From Auanema rhodensis (taxonomy: Eukaryota > Animalia > Nematoda): a stretch of DNA of 64,000 nt. The position numbers were made by a program, and so were the translations under genes. Shown piece after piece: positions 37,620 through 51,100 of this stretch (its first letter is position 1; each line of letters begins with the position of its first letter). The stretch is taken from positions 5,394,001 to 5,458,000 of the forward strand of contig OZ059898.1 in NCBI GenBank assembly GCA_964057225.1, read 5' to 3'. A model generated the notes under the pieces. It was not told the DNA's origin. It made no database searches and worked only from the letters and a program-made list of their open reading frames with translations.

Positions 37620-40600
37620 TTTCTCTTCTCTATTCTATAATACATACATACACGCACATATATATATATACTTCTATTCCTATATAAGCTGTTGAACAAT
37701 TATGTTTATAGAAAATCTCAAAAATTTGAAATTTCGTTTGCTCTTCATGGATTCTTTCATCACTACATTGCATTACATCGACTCATATGTATAAATTCTT
37801 TTGAGTCTTTGCAATCAACTTCAAGACAAAAAAAATTTTATATGATATAGGTTAAAATACGTCATTATTTTTGTTTTATATGTGTAAATGAATTTTATGT
37901 ACATACATCTATAGACTATATAGAAGAAAAAAAAACGTCAGAGATTATACAACCCATAGATGTATATCCCATCCAAACCTTTTTTTTCTTTATATGAATG
38001 ACTGCCTTCCTTTTTTATTTCATCTTTGAGCATTTTGTAGAATATGGATCACTTTCAATATTATTTTTATTTTTTTTTCATTTCAATATAACCTATAGTA
38101 TATACATATTGATAGTCTCAACTTTAATGTCTGTTAGCACATTTGATTATTAAACTTTATTTTTCCGAAGTTGCTGTTCAGGCTGAAGATTATCGAATTG
38201 ACAGAATGAAGTTTAGCTAATATACTAAGTTGACAGTGACATGATGTATCTATGGTCATTTAGGAATAACATATTGAACTTGTTTGTAAAATGGCATGAT
38301 TTTTTGCTTCGTCTATTCTCCTTGTCACTATCTTGGAACATAGTATTATTCTTTTAAAATTGGAATAAACAGAAAAACTAAAAAAATAAAGAAAGCAACC
38401 GCTGATCACTCTGAATAATTTAAAAATAAGGAATATTCTCACGTTTCCACGTGAAGCTGCCATCCTCAGTTCTTGAAAATTTTCGCAAACCATAATAGGA
38501 CCGTGGGGAAAGGTTGAAGCCGACAAAGTCGCCATCAATCATTCTAATATAGTGATATTTCTCCTTAGACTTCAGTCTTCTGTCTGTGAGAATTCTGATT
38601 CATACCCTCAGGGCATTTATCTTAGCCTACTCCTCAAGCTTATAGTTGGCATTTGCGCATAGCAGTTAGCTAATATTCATCGTTTCATATCTTGTTGAAC
38701 CCATTTTCAAACATTTCACTGAGTTATTCTGTATCATTTTCATGTAAATATTCATTTTTTTGTTCGTTTTTTTATATTTCTTGTTTGGAAAGTTATTATT
38801 TTTGATTTTTGCTTCACGTATATCATGAATCCATAATATTTATCTTTGATGCCTTAGGCAATCATGTTCAAAGTTTTGTTCGAAAATCGTTTTAATCTGT
38901 TTTCATTTTGTATTTTATTTTTGGTTAAAACTACTTATATTATGCTCAAAATTAAAATAATATATTATATTATATGAATATAGTATGAAGATATCTATGT
39001 GTATTTGAATTCTTAGTCATTTCTCAACGAAAATTTTCATCAATTTTACTTTATTTTCTTATTGAATTTATTTAAAAAACAACTTATTTGATTGCGAAAT
39101 GAATTTTGATGAAACAACATGGACTTTCATGTAAATTCAGGTTTATTCTAAATACGACGAAGTACTATAGGTCTTCATTCTTTCTTTCCTCGTTTTCATC
39201 CGTTCCCCCTCTCTATTCGTTTTCCTTCTCTCTTTATTTCCCTCTCTCTCTCTCTCTCTCTCGCCCTCTTTATTTCTCTCTCTTTCCCTTTTTTATATTT
39301 CTCCGTTTTTCTTTTTTTCTCTCCTTTATTCTTTATCTATCTTTATCCTTATTCCCCTTTCCTTTTCTATCTTCCTCTCCATTTTACTCATTCGTTTATT
39401 CTTTCTTCCTTTCTATCCCAATATATGTAAGTTCCTGGGTCTTCAAAAGACAGATGTGGCTCATTCAATTTGTTTCTTCGAAACAAGATGAACATAAATG
39501 AAAATCGGTTCTCCTTTGAAAGAAAAAATACCGCATTTCAACGGCAAAGATATCATTCCAGTCATCGTTCTGATGATCAGGACGACGATGAGGTCAGGCA
39601 ATAGCCATCAGGATGACGTATGTATATGATGAAGAAGAGCTAATGATGATATAAGACTCTGAACTTCCATATGTCTTTTAGTATTTGTCTGTCATCTTAC
39701 TAAGGATGATGCTCAAAATTTACATCAAAGCTGTCATACCATGGAATAGATTCTGAAAATTGAAGATCAATCTTGTTCTATGATCACAAAAGGGTTTACA
39801 TAAAATCATTTTAAAGTATTTTTCTAATCTTTCTAACTCAATATTAATATATTTTATTAAAAATATGAATGAAAAGATCATTATCTATTTCAAGTTTATT
39901 CAAATATACATACATATAAGAAACAAATTTGATTTCTCATCTTATTATGAAAGATGTGATCATTAATCATATGTATATATACAATTAGCAAATCTTTAAC
40001 TTAACTATTCTAAGATATATCATTAAATATAGTTAAAGAATGACTTTTGTTCAAATATATTAAACTCAATACTTCAAATTAGTTTCATTAAATTACTTTA
40101 TATCCTCATCGTTTAATTTTGAATGTTGAATTTTTAAAAATTCTTTTCTTCCACATAGTTCTAACTAACAATAAATATTGAAATACATACATATATGTAT
40201 ACAAATATAATAAAAACATTATTTATTATATGATTTTCTTTTATATTTATATAATTAATATAATATGTTTCTTTATTTTTTTAATTTTTAAATATTTTTA
40301 ATTGATATTCCATCACAATACTATTCATTTTTGACAATATACATATACTATGTATGTAACATTGTATGGTTAAAGATCTTAAACTACTTGCAGATGTGAT
40401 TTAAGGAAAAGTTTGAATCCGATAGAGATACTCATGTACTCTTTCAGTACAGATGACCGTAGAAAACAATTTCTTCATCTCAAATCCTTCTTTTTCAATC
40501 CTTCTCTCTCTCTTTCCTTCTTCTCTTCAGTTGCGCCTTCATCTCCAATTTGGCCAATTTTGACGAGCCGCATAGACTTGAACTTGAAAAGAATTCCAAA

Positions 40601-42777
40601 AATACATATAATATACTTTTTTTTCATTTTTAATAGAATACCATAAAAATTCTATCTTCATATCTCTTACTCTTTGTCGTTTTTCAGAAGTACTGAATTG
40701 AATTTTTTCTTTTTTTTTTATCTCATTGGAACATAATTAAAAAAAATTTTGTTTGATTTTCCAACTGAAGTTTAACGATACAGATAGATGTCTCATCAAA
40801 CTTTTTCATTTTTGACATATTCTTCTACATATTATGATAATTGAAAATTCAATAGAAATTAGGAAAAAGAAGGTAAACGAACTCATATACATTTTCACAA
40901 TACTATCCATAACCTAAATACATTGAGCTTGACAGCTAAGAGAAAACGAATATTCTTTAGATAGGATTTTCTTTATTCAAAATTTGTACCAACTTGTTTG
41001 AATATTTATTTATTCATTGTTTTCTTTTTACTTACATATATACTACTATATATAGTATATATACTAAAAATATTTATAATTTCTTTTTCAAATATATATT
41101 TTTATATATTTTTAAATACTATTCTATAATAATTTAATAATTATTACTTTTTTTTCTTATATAATAATCAGACAAATGAATTCAATTATATTATTAAAAA
41201 TTCTTTTTGTTTTAGATGTCCTAACTAAGACAAAATCTGAATTCGTCTTCCGGGTTTCAGTACATCGTTCAGGTCTGATGACATCATTTATAAATTTCAA
41301 TTACATATCATAAAATAAAAATAAATAAAAATAGTAATAACTATAAAATATATGAAATTCTTTTTTATACAATTATTATTTTGAAATTATATAGAAAAGT
41401 TATAAAATCTTATAAATATCATATGAATCATGAATTATATTAATTCTATACAATAGATGAGCAAAAAAAATAAAAGAATAATAGTAATATTCATATGTGT
41501 TTCTTTGTTTTTAATTTCATACTTTTATTTTTATAAATTAAAAAAAATTATTCAATCTATACTATATTAATAATAACTTTCATCTATTAACCATCTCTAA
41601 ATTCATTATTTCAAATATTATTTTTCTATTATTGAAATATATAATATTTATTTTCAATTATATTTTCAAAGTTGAAGCATTCATTTATTTGAAATTGAAT
41701 TCGCTTCTCCTCAATTTAATTGCGTTCTTAGCTCTTTTTTAGCTCAATACGCGGGTTTTTCCTGAAAAAAAAGCAAAGCTAGGCTTTTTGAAAGAACTAT
41801 TTAAACTCGATTTTCGATGTTTCATATGAAACTTCAACAACATTATGTTAAGGAGAGTTGAATATCTTTTGAATAGTTATCTATCTTCATTTTCCTTTGA
41901 TGATACTAGCTTTATTCTTCCAATTGAACTTTGGCTACTTTTCCGTTTAATTGCCTTTCAAAGCATAATTGCATACAAACTTTCTCATCTACTTCTTGCA
42001 TATCGTTAAGAGCTTTAGCATGTTGAGTAAGAGGAACTGGAGAAAAAGCTTTTTTCTTATTTATCATCAAAGCTATTGAAGGAAAAGAAAAACTATATAA
42101 ATATAGTAGGAAAATCTAAGTTGATAACCATAATTGCATAACAAACATTTTGCTTCAATTGTTGTGTTCAGTTCGCCAATCAACCCTGGCGTTCAAGACT
42201 CTCTAACCCTTTATGCTTTTCTGGAACATGTATTTTGCTTTTTTCGTCTTCAAATTAAGTGAAAAATCATTTTTTTTTCTTGTGTAAGTAAGACAGTTTG
42301 ATCGAACAAATCTTAGATGTATATGTTATATACGATGAAACAAATACGTTTCCAATCATATGCATACATATTAATGAGACAAAAAAAATGAATAAAGAGA
42401 TCAAAAAATGACAGAAACATCAACAAAAATAGAAAAAAAACGGAAGAAGAGAGAATTGTTGTTTTAAATATATTTACTTTTGTATTTATACGAAAGAAAA
42501 TATCTACTACGTTTAAACATAACTAAGGTGTTGACAACTTAGAACAACATTAATATAAAGCTTTATTTATCTTATTTCTTCATATTTATAGAGAAAATAA
42601 CATGAGAAAAATATTTTTACATCTATAATTTTTTTACTTTTTATACTTTTTTTTTTAAAAATATACTTTTTTTATTATATTATTATAAATATACAAATAT
42701 ATATATATAAATGGTAAAATTTTAAAAATTATAACTTTAATAATATATTATCTTAAATATTCAAGTTTCAAGTTTAA

Positions 42778-42784
<7 letters not shown>

Positions 42785-42823
<39 letters not shown>
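42785..42823. repeat. (TA)n microsatellite
   Basis: Directly visible. Confidence 0.95.
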
Positions 42824-42831
<8 letters not shown>

Positions 42832-43152
42832 ACACTTAAATACTATTTTATAAATAAAATTGTATTTATCATTACATTTTATTCGAGGATTTTAGCTTTT
42901 TTTCTTTGGCAATGTCAAAGAAAAATAAATTAGACGAATGTTTATTGCCCAATTTGGCTAAACGAACTGAAAGATGCTTCTATATACAACAAAGTGTAAA
43001 ACTTTGTGATTAAAAGAAATTAATTAAATATAGTATTTTTACTTTCTAAAAATCAATTTTATAAATAAATTAAAATCTATTAAAGTATTTATGTTTATAC
43101 CAAAATATTATTTGTTCAACTAGTATTACAAATGGTATAAAAATGAAAATAA

Positions 43153-43187
43153 TCATTCAAGTCATTCAAGTCATTCAAGTCATTCAA
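43153..43187. repeat. Tandem repeat of the 9-bp unit TCATTCAAG, ~4 copies
   Basis: Units start at 43153, 43162, 43171 and 43180. Confidence 0.9.
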
Positions 43188-44563
43188 TCAAATACAACTG
43201 AATAAATTTTTAATTTTTTAAATTTTAATTACTTTATTTTTAAAATTTATTATTTTTATTATTATTTTATTATTGTAAATTATTATAATTTCTTCTATAA
43301 AAATTTATTCAAGAAATATATGTATATACATACATATATGTTTAGTTCTTGATCTCATAAATGTGGTTTCCAAGAATATTTTATCGAAAACTTCTTCACT
43401 TTCATCTACAGTATGAAATTGCAAAAGTTGTTAAAGGTTTGCAACAAATCATTATAAGAATATATGAATGTATATGAATGAATGATTCAAATTTTTCTTC
43501 CATTTTTCCATTCCAAAATTACATTTTTTTTTCAAATGGAAATATTTTTATTCAAATACTTTAAAAATATTTTAAAATGTCATTTTCTTCTAAAATTGTT
43601 TTAAGTTAATATGAATGTTTAGCACTAGTTTATTTGTTTATTTGTTTATACATTTTAAATTTAAATTCATTTCTCATTTGAAATTTTAAAATATATTATA
43701 AAATGTTTAAAGATAGGTTATAACTGTTTATTGCTTTTGGAAGTTAGAAAAGACGATAACATTTTTTTGGTTATAGTATTCATATTAAGCTCATTTCTTC
43801 TGATTCCAACCTAGTAATAGAATTTTCGCAATCTCTGAACATGAATGTTCATCATTATTCTGAAAACTTGAAAAGGTTTCAGTTTTCCAACTTTCATGGA
43901 AAAGATTATGATGAAAAGAAATGATTCTTCTCAATAAAAATTAGCATTTTCTTATTGGCTCAATTAATTAAAAATAGCATGTGATGTATTCTAGCCATAT
44001 TTGGTCAGGAAATCAGTAATGACCTGAGGCATAGCTAATGCTATTTTGAGCAAGAATCATTTAGATGATTTAGGCTGAGCCCACACAACTGTGTTGCAGC
44101 AGCGTTCAATCAAATGTTACAACAATTCCAATTGTTTTTAATATTTTTTTTCAAAAATTTTTAATGTTCATTGTATTATAATTTCTAAGACAAAAAATTA
44201 AAATAGAATCATTCTATTGCTCTATGATTTAATTATTTTTTTTGATTCTTGATTTTTGAGTTTAAATTAAATTAAATTAGATAACTATTTTGAATAAGAT
44301 GTTTCTATTTATATTTATGTATATTTAATATTTTCTATTAATATATAAGTCTTCATAAAAGATTAATTATTCTATTATTTAATTCTAAATTTTGATCTTA
44401 AATTATAAGTTAATGTTAGAGTATGCTTGTAACGATGTATGATGCTACTCAGGATGTTGATCTTCAAAATATTTTTTATTTCTTATTATATCATTCATAT
44501 CCTTCTATATATTGATGTATATGTAGATATACATATATATCTTTAGGTTTTTTGACATACAAA

Positions 44564-44586
44564 ACAACAACAACAACAACAACAAT
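44564..44586. repeat. (CAA)n microsatellite
   Basis: Directly visible. Confidence 0.9.
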
Positions 44587-45108
44587 AACAAAACTAAAAT
44601 AGTTTATCATCACATGCCAATATTAGATATTTAACTTTAACTTTGTTTTATTCAAAATTTATATGATATTACTTATATTTTATTTAAATTGATATAAAAA
44701 TACATATTCATTTAACTATTTCTATTCAAATATGGTATGTTATTCATACTTTTTGTTCTTAAACTGCACTAATTTCTTCCATTTCTCAATCTTTTTGTAA
44801 ATTGCTTTGTTTATTTATCCATGTTCTAAATTAAAATAGAAAAAAAAAATTTTAAATCGTAATGAAAGAAAAAAAAAGAAAATTTTTGAAGGATAATGTT
44901 AAGTATGAACATGTATCTAAGATGTGGGCGGAAAAAACTAGCAAAATAGACAACAGAATTACAAAGGAGATAGGTTAGGTATTGAAAAGATGCAGAAGCA
45001 TCACATTCTTCTTACGTTTACTTATATAAAGTTCTGATATACATATGTGTTTTATAATATTTTATGGAAAACATTTCAAAGTCTTCAGTCCCTGTAGGAT
45101 GGATTTTT

Positions 45109-45125
45109 AATGCCCTGAGGGCATT
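45109..45125. promoter_or_regulatory. AP-2 (TFAP2/APTF)-type palindrome AATGCCCTGAGGGCATT
   Basis: Perfect inverted repeat around a central base, matching the TFAP2 consensus TGCCCTGAGGGCA. It is one of about 12 such sites in the non-coding DNA. Confidence 0.55.
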
Positions 45126-48100
45126 TGTCATCTATATTTTTTTTTATTCGGAATTTCTTCTTTTTTTGGTTTTTCTTTTTCTCTCTCCTTCTTTCTTTTC
45201 TATTTTTTTATCTGTAGGCAGTTTGTTAAAGTTCATCTTTGAATTGTCTACACAAGAACATGTTACAAGAAAGATGTAACAAATCCAAAAGAGCATAAAT
45301 GAGAAAATTAAAAAAAAAGCTTTGATGCTTTTTTTAGATCTATTAGAATATTTAATGAGTGTTTGAAGCTTAAAAAGGACATTCAGGGTTTCATTATTTC
45401 CCTGATGAACTGCAGTGAAATTCAGTTACTGGCTCACTCTTGCTCCTCCTATCTTCTATCATCATCCAATCTAAGCCCAAAGTCCTAGTATCGTTTCTTA
45501 ACTGCTCAAACCTATTAGCTGTAATCTAGCGATCACATACTTTTTTCTTCATGATGTTCTTTTCTAATAGTTGCTCTAAACCAAAGCTGCTGCATATCCG
45601 TCGTCGACATTCCTTGCCCCCCTCTCTCTATCTCTCTCTCTCTCCCTCCGCTTTAAGTTTTCTCCCTTAGTTATTTCAGCTTATATTTTTTCTTAATTCT
45701 CTCTCTTTCAGTCTTCCTCCCTCTCTCTTTAGCCCGTCTCTCCGCTCTATCACCCACATTCCCGTACTCTTCCTTTCGTTCTTGTTTTTTCTTCTCCCCG
45801 ATTCTTTTGCCTCAATAAACCTCTTCGAAGATGTATGTATTGGCGACTACTGCATGGAGCAGAAGTCCTTCGTCGTCGCCGTAACAGCTTTTCCCGCAAC
45901 TTCTATACATCTTTCTTTCCTCTTCACTCTCTACCTCTATTACTATCTTTTTACTCTCTCCGTTGTCGTTAGCTCTAACTCTCTCGTTCTCTCCCAATTG
46001 CATTTGTCTATCTACAAGCTGTGAAAGGCAAAGTTTTCCAACCATTATATCAGGGTGGTTAAGCTCTTACTTTTGAAGTTCATTAGAAATGAGTATATAC
46101 ATCGTTAGTAAATCATTCTGCTAATCTATGCGTTGATATCTTAGTCGAGTGATTGATACTTTACTTAGAATATCTTTATTGTTATGTGTTCCTAATTGCA
46201 CTCAGAGATCTGTCATTTGGGCTTATTGGTAGAACTTGTTGCTGATGATCTTGATAGAGTTGAATCATTAATAATACACGAGAGAAGTACATTTTTTGTT
46301 CAGTTTGACAATGATAAACTACAAAGAAATACCTTTATTTCTTTTATTCATACTAACCTTCTTATTCTCTATTTCTATTTATTCTGATGCCAAGATGCTT
46401 TAAAGAAAAGACTACAATTTCTTTTTTTGTGTTGAAAATAAATTTGAAGTGAGGATCTAGCTAGAGCTTCTCCTGAGGTGATCATCATTATCCTCATCAT
46501 GTGAAACTAGGAGAGACGTTGAAACAGCCGCATAAGGCTTCTCATCTAATTCTATTACATAGATTCTTTCCGTCTCTATGTATGCTTTCGTCTGGTTCTT
46601 ATCGCCTTTTACTCGTCGTCCAAGCTATTCTACAAGACATGATGACATTAGACGATATCGACTTCATCAAATATTTCCTTCATTCAGGCTTAAATTCTAT
46701 TTTTTTTGATCTGCTAAAGCTAATCATCTTTAATTTCATTTATCAGGAAATTCTGAAAAAATTCGCAAGAATCAATTCTGTCATAATTTTACATTTGTTC
46801 AGAAAACATTCAGCATCTATTTGAATTTTGAACTTCAATATATCTTCCTGCTTTTAAACACTCTTTTTTTTGTTATTTCCATATATAGATAGATAGATAA
46901 ATCATCAGATGTTGAGAAAGAAACAGAAAAAACGGAACATCTAAGTCGGTAGATAGACATTTCATATTATATATATTCTATATATATATATATTATTTAT
47001 TTTCATTTTACTACATATCATTTTAAAATGATATCATATCTTTTTTTTTAATATTTATCTATATACATGTATATTCAATCTTCTTTTCAAGCTCTAAGGT
47101 TTCAATTTATTATACATTAGTATGTATATTCATATTTTCTTTTTTTTTATGATAATCTTAAATATTTATTAATTTTTTAAAATATAAAACATACACATTA
47201 CTTTGGTTCTATTCATAGCGATTATTGTGATTTTTTTATTGTTTTATTGTTGTTTAGGAAAAAAAAGCTAAAAAATCAGAAAATATTCGACATTTTCTGT
47301 CACTTTTCATCTGACATCCTCGTTTCTTTCACTCCTTTATATATTTCCCTATTTCTTCCCCTTCCTTCTATTTCTTTCCTCTCTCTACTCTCTTAACCCG
47401 TAGCTATCTTGTGTTTGTTTTTTTTCCAAAATTTTACTCGAAAATTTTTTGTATACAATTTGAATATTTGTTTACAAATAGTTTTTATCAGATTAGATAT
47501 CTTGAACTTTATCACATTTATCATAGTCAATAGGTACATTTGTGATATATGAAGCATCATACTTCACATAAAAATTATAAATATTTCTACAAATACATGG
47601 ATATGACATTAAAATAAAAAAAACGCTAAATACTATATATTATATAATACTATTTCATATAATAAGTTTTAAAATAAATTGTACTTACAATGCTTTAACC
47701 AATCAAATCTCCTGATTTCCTGTTCTTCTTCCATAGTTCTACGTCATTTCAAATTTCGTTGGCGTAACAGAACTATTTGGAATTCTCTTCTTTTTTCTTC
47801 TTCTCTCTTTATCTCTCTTCTTCCAACTTGTGCTTATTCTCAATTGGTCTATTACATTTTTTTATTCTTTATTTTCTAATTAATCTCAAGTTTTATAATT
47901 TTACTCTAATTTTTATACTAACAGCCTTGTCTAACAATTTACATCTTTTCTTGTTTTGGCTTTTTTGTTCCAAATGATTAAGCTGAGTAAAAGTTGTGAC
48001 CTACTGACAATTCAAACAACTACTTAGACTTAAATATATTATCATGCTTGTCTACTACAAACTTCTTCTTTTGAGTTAAGCTTTGTGAACAAAAAGAAAA

Positions 48101-51100
48101 CAGCTTCAGTATGATAGTGTTTGCAAATTTGCATGAAAAATTAAAATTAGAAACAGATATATTTGGTTAGAAATTATAAAAATTGAAAATTTTGTATAAA
48201 TAGCTTTGTCAGAATAGTTTGTAAAGATATTCTTGTTTCATTTAGATACATATGTACTTAAACACTCAACAAGTTTCATATTCATTTCAATAAGAAATAA
48301 GCTTAAACATCAAGTATGTATCAACTTCTTAATGGTTAGTCAGAAAATAGAAAATTTTCTTCCTAAAACTATGGTTTTATTTTTTGAAAATTATTTATTA
48401 TATAAAACATTTGAATATTATATATAAGATTGAAAAAATTAAAAAATTATAGATTAATAACAGATTTTAATCTTTCTTTTTGAGAAAAATTCTAGAATCC
48501 TAGATTATGATCTTTATTTAAATATAAAAATCACATAAATATTATTTCAATTTTAAAAAAAAAAAGAAGAAGAAGGTTCATATTACATTTTGACAGATAT
48601 TATAATTATATATACAAATATAAACAATTTTTATTTATTTATAATTATATAATATTTAGAAAAATATGACATCCATTATTCATTATAATCTTTAAATAAT
48701 TTGTCAATTATTACAAAAAAAAATTAAATTTATATTAACTAAATTTTATTATAATAGTTAACTATAAATATTATATATATATATGTATCCACATATTATT
48801 AAGTACATCTATCTATCTATCTACAAGGCTATTCCATGGCTGATTTGAGTTTTATTCAATTTTCATAACTCAATTGAAATCGTTGTATATAAACTATATA
48901 TACTATATATATATTATATAAAATTCATATATTTTGAATAAGTAAAACATTTTTGATTTTTGTTACTCCAACATGTGAAAAAATTATCTTTTTTAGATGT
49001 AAAATAATATTAAATACATACATGTACATATATCATCTATTTATATATGTATCTATATATATATATATAATTGTTTACTTTTTTAATTTTTAAATATAAA
49101 AAAACAAATAAATACATTTTGTCTTGTATTTTTAAATTATTTTCAAATATTTTAATGTTTATTTCTATTTCTTTGTTCTTTTGAGTTATCCCTCTTCTTC
49201 TTCAGTTCAACGATCAAGAAGCTCAATTCAAAATCAAAGTGCTTATACGTTTATTGTTATATCAAAGCCATAAAATATTATTAAAAATATTTTTATTGAT
49301 AATTTATTTTTTAATTTGGAACATCAAAAATCATTTTTAATATTTGACACACAAATTTAAAAGGAAATTGACTTAATTAAACAAACGTTTCTACATTACC
49401 TTGTATATACTATATATACATATATATTTATTATAATATAATAAATAATATTTTGATTTATATATAAATCATTCAAAATGATTTTCTGAAAAAATTTTAT
49501 TTCCATGATTAATCATCTTTTTAGTTTTTTTTTAGAAAACTATACATAAACTATATACTATATATATGTATATAAAACATAATATATTTACTCAAACTTC
49601 CATTGTTCTAACTCATTTTTGTCTTTTAATTCGATTTTTCATTAAATTCCAGAAATTTTTTTGAATATTTTTTTGAAATTGCAATTTTGTGTTTTATTTG
49701 AACGAAAATATTACATATATAACATATGGAAGAGATACACTAGTATTTTTGGTGTGAAGATAGGGTCCATGAATCTCTTCTGACATTTTAAAATTTTGAT
49801 GCTTTTCATGTCAGATTTGAAAGAAAATCTATTTGATAGTAATCTTTATATATATATATATATATATAAACTAAAATTTCTATAAATAATACAATACATA
49901 TTACTTGATTTATAATTTTTATTCATATCATATAGTATAATATGTATTTAAATTTTATGAATGAAAAAAAGGTAAATATTTCAGTTTAATTAATCTTTTC
50001 TATTATTTTTCTTGTTCATTCATGATATTTCAAAAACATTATTTAAATGTCTTTTCAGTAGAAAAGAGATAGACCTTTTAAGCCAATGAACCACCCACCT
50101 ATTAGAAAGTCTAATAATCCGATATACTTTAAAGTAAAGCTGTATCTTTCTAACTTTTAAAACAATCTAAGACATAATCTTTTGTCTTTTTCTTTTTTTT
50201 TAGAACATAACATATATAATTTTTATTCTTATAACTATTTTATTTTAAAATAATTTCCTTTATTTCCTTTTATTTTCTATTTTCATTATTTCTTTTTATA
50301 TATTTTCATTTATACGTATTACTTACCAATTTATTCACTAAACTCATTCAAATATATACTTTTCTACCAGCAGGAGATGTAAAAAAATTTCCGTGCGTTG
50401 ATGTCGGTTTCATTTCCGTCAGAAATACATCAAACTTGAGTTTGAATCCTAAGGGGATTATCTATTTAAGAAAACTTTCTGGAGACTAGCCAATTTCAGA
50501 TTGAACTTATAGAATACGAGGAAAAAGAACAAGAACAAAATATTGAAATGTCAGAGGTTTCTGCACTTGATGCAGCTTCATGTTTATTGTTTTCTACATT
50601 TATCTTTTAAAATTTTCTATTTTTGTATGTTTAATATTCATGATGTTCTTGACTTTCATTTATCAAATTATCTTATACTTCCATGTTTTTGCTTTTATAG
50701 TCTCTTCCAATCCAATTCTAATCTTTACGTAGTTGAATATCTAGTTCAATTCTTACTTGAACTTCCAATTCACTTATGCTTTTACTTCAACTTTACTCAT
50801 AACATCTTTTTCTATATTTTTTCTTCAAATTATTAACTTCAAAACTTGATATTCAATTAACTTGCTTACTACTTCTTCATATTTATTATTTTCGTTTATA
50901 TATCGAAAAGCGTTGATTTTAAAAGTTTTTTTTTCCAGAAAGAATTATGGATAATATTAGATTTTCATGTCTTCTCAACAGTTCTCATCGTCAATATATC
51001 CTAAAAAGTTCATTCTAAGTTAGTTTTTATCTGAATATTTCTTGTCTTTCAAGAAAATTTGTTTGGAAATATATGTAAAAGTTGAACACAAAATCAGGTA

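Noticed and set aside
41819-41832. 14-bp palindrome GTTTCATATGAAAC resembling an X-box
   Set aside because: It does not fit the GTHNYYATRRNAAC consensus and is not near a start codon.
47395-47416. AACCCGTAG, resembling the 5' end of the miR-100/miR-51 family
   Set aside because: There is no complementary arm on either side, so no precursor hairpin.
50321-50460. Minus-strand GTAAGT donor and a short open frame (FKLKFDVFLTEMKPTSTHGNFFTSPA)
   Set aside because: Weak acceptor, no recognisable homology and no partner exons.
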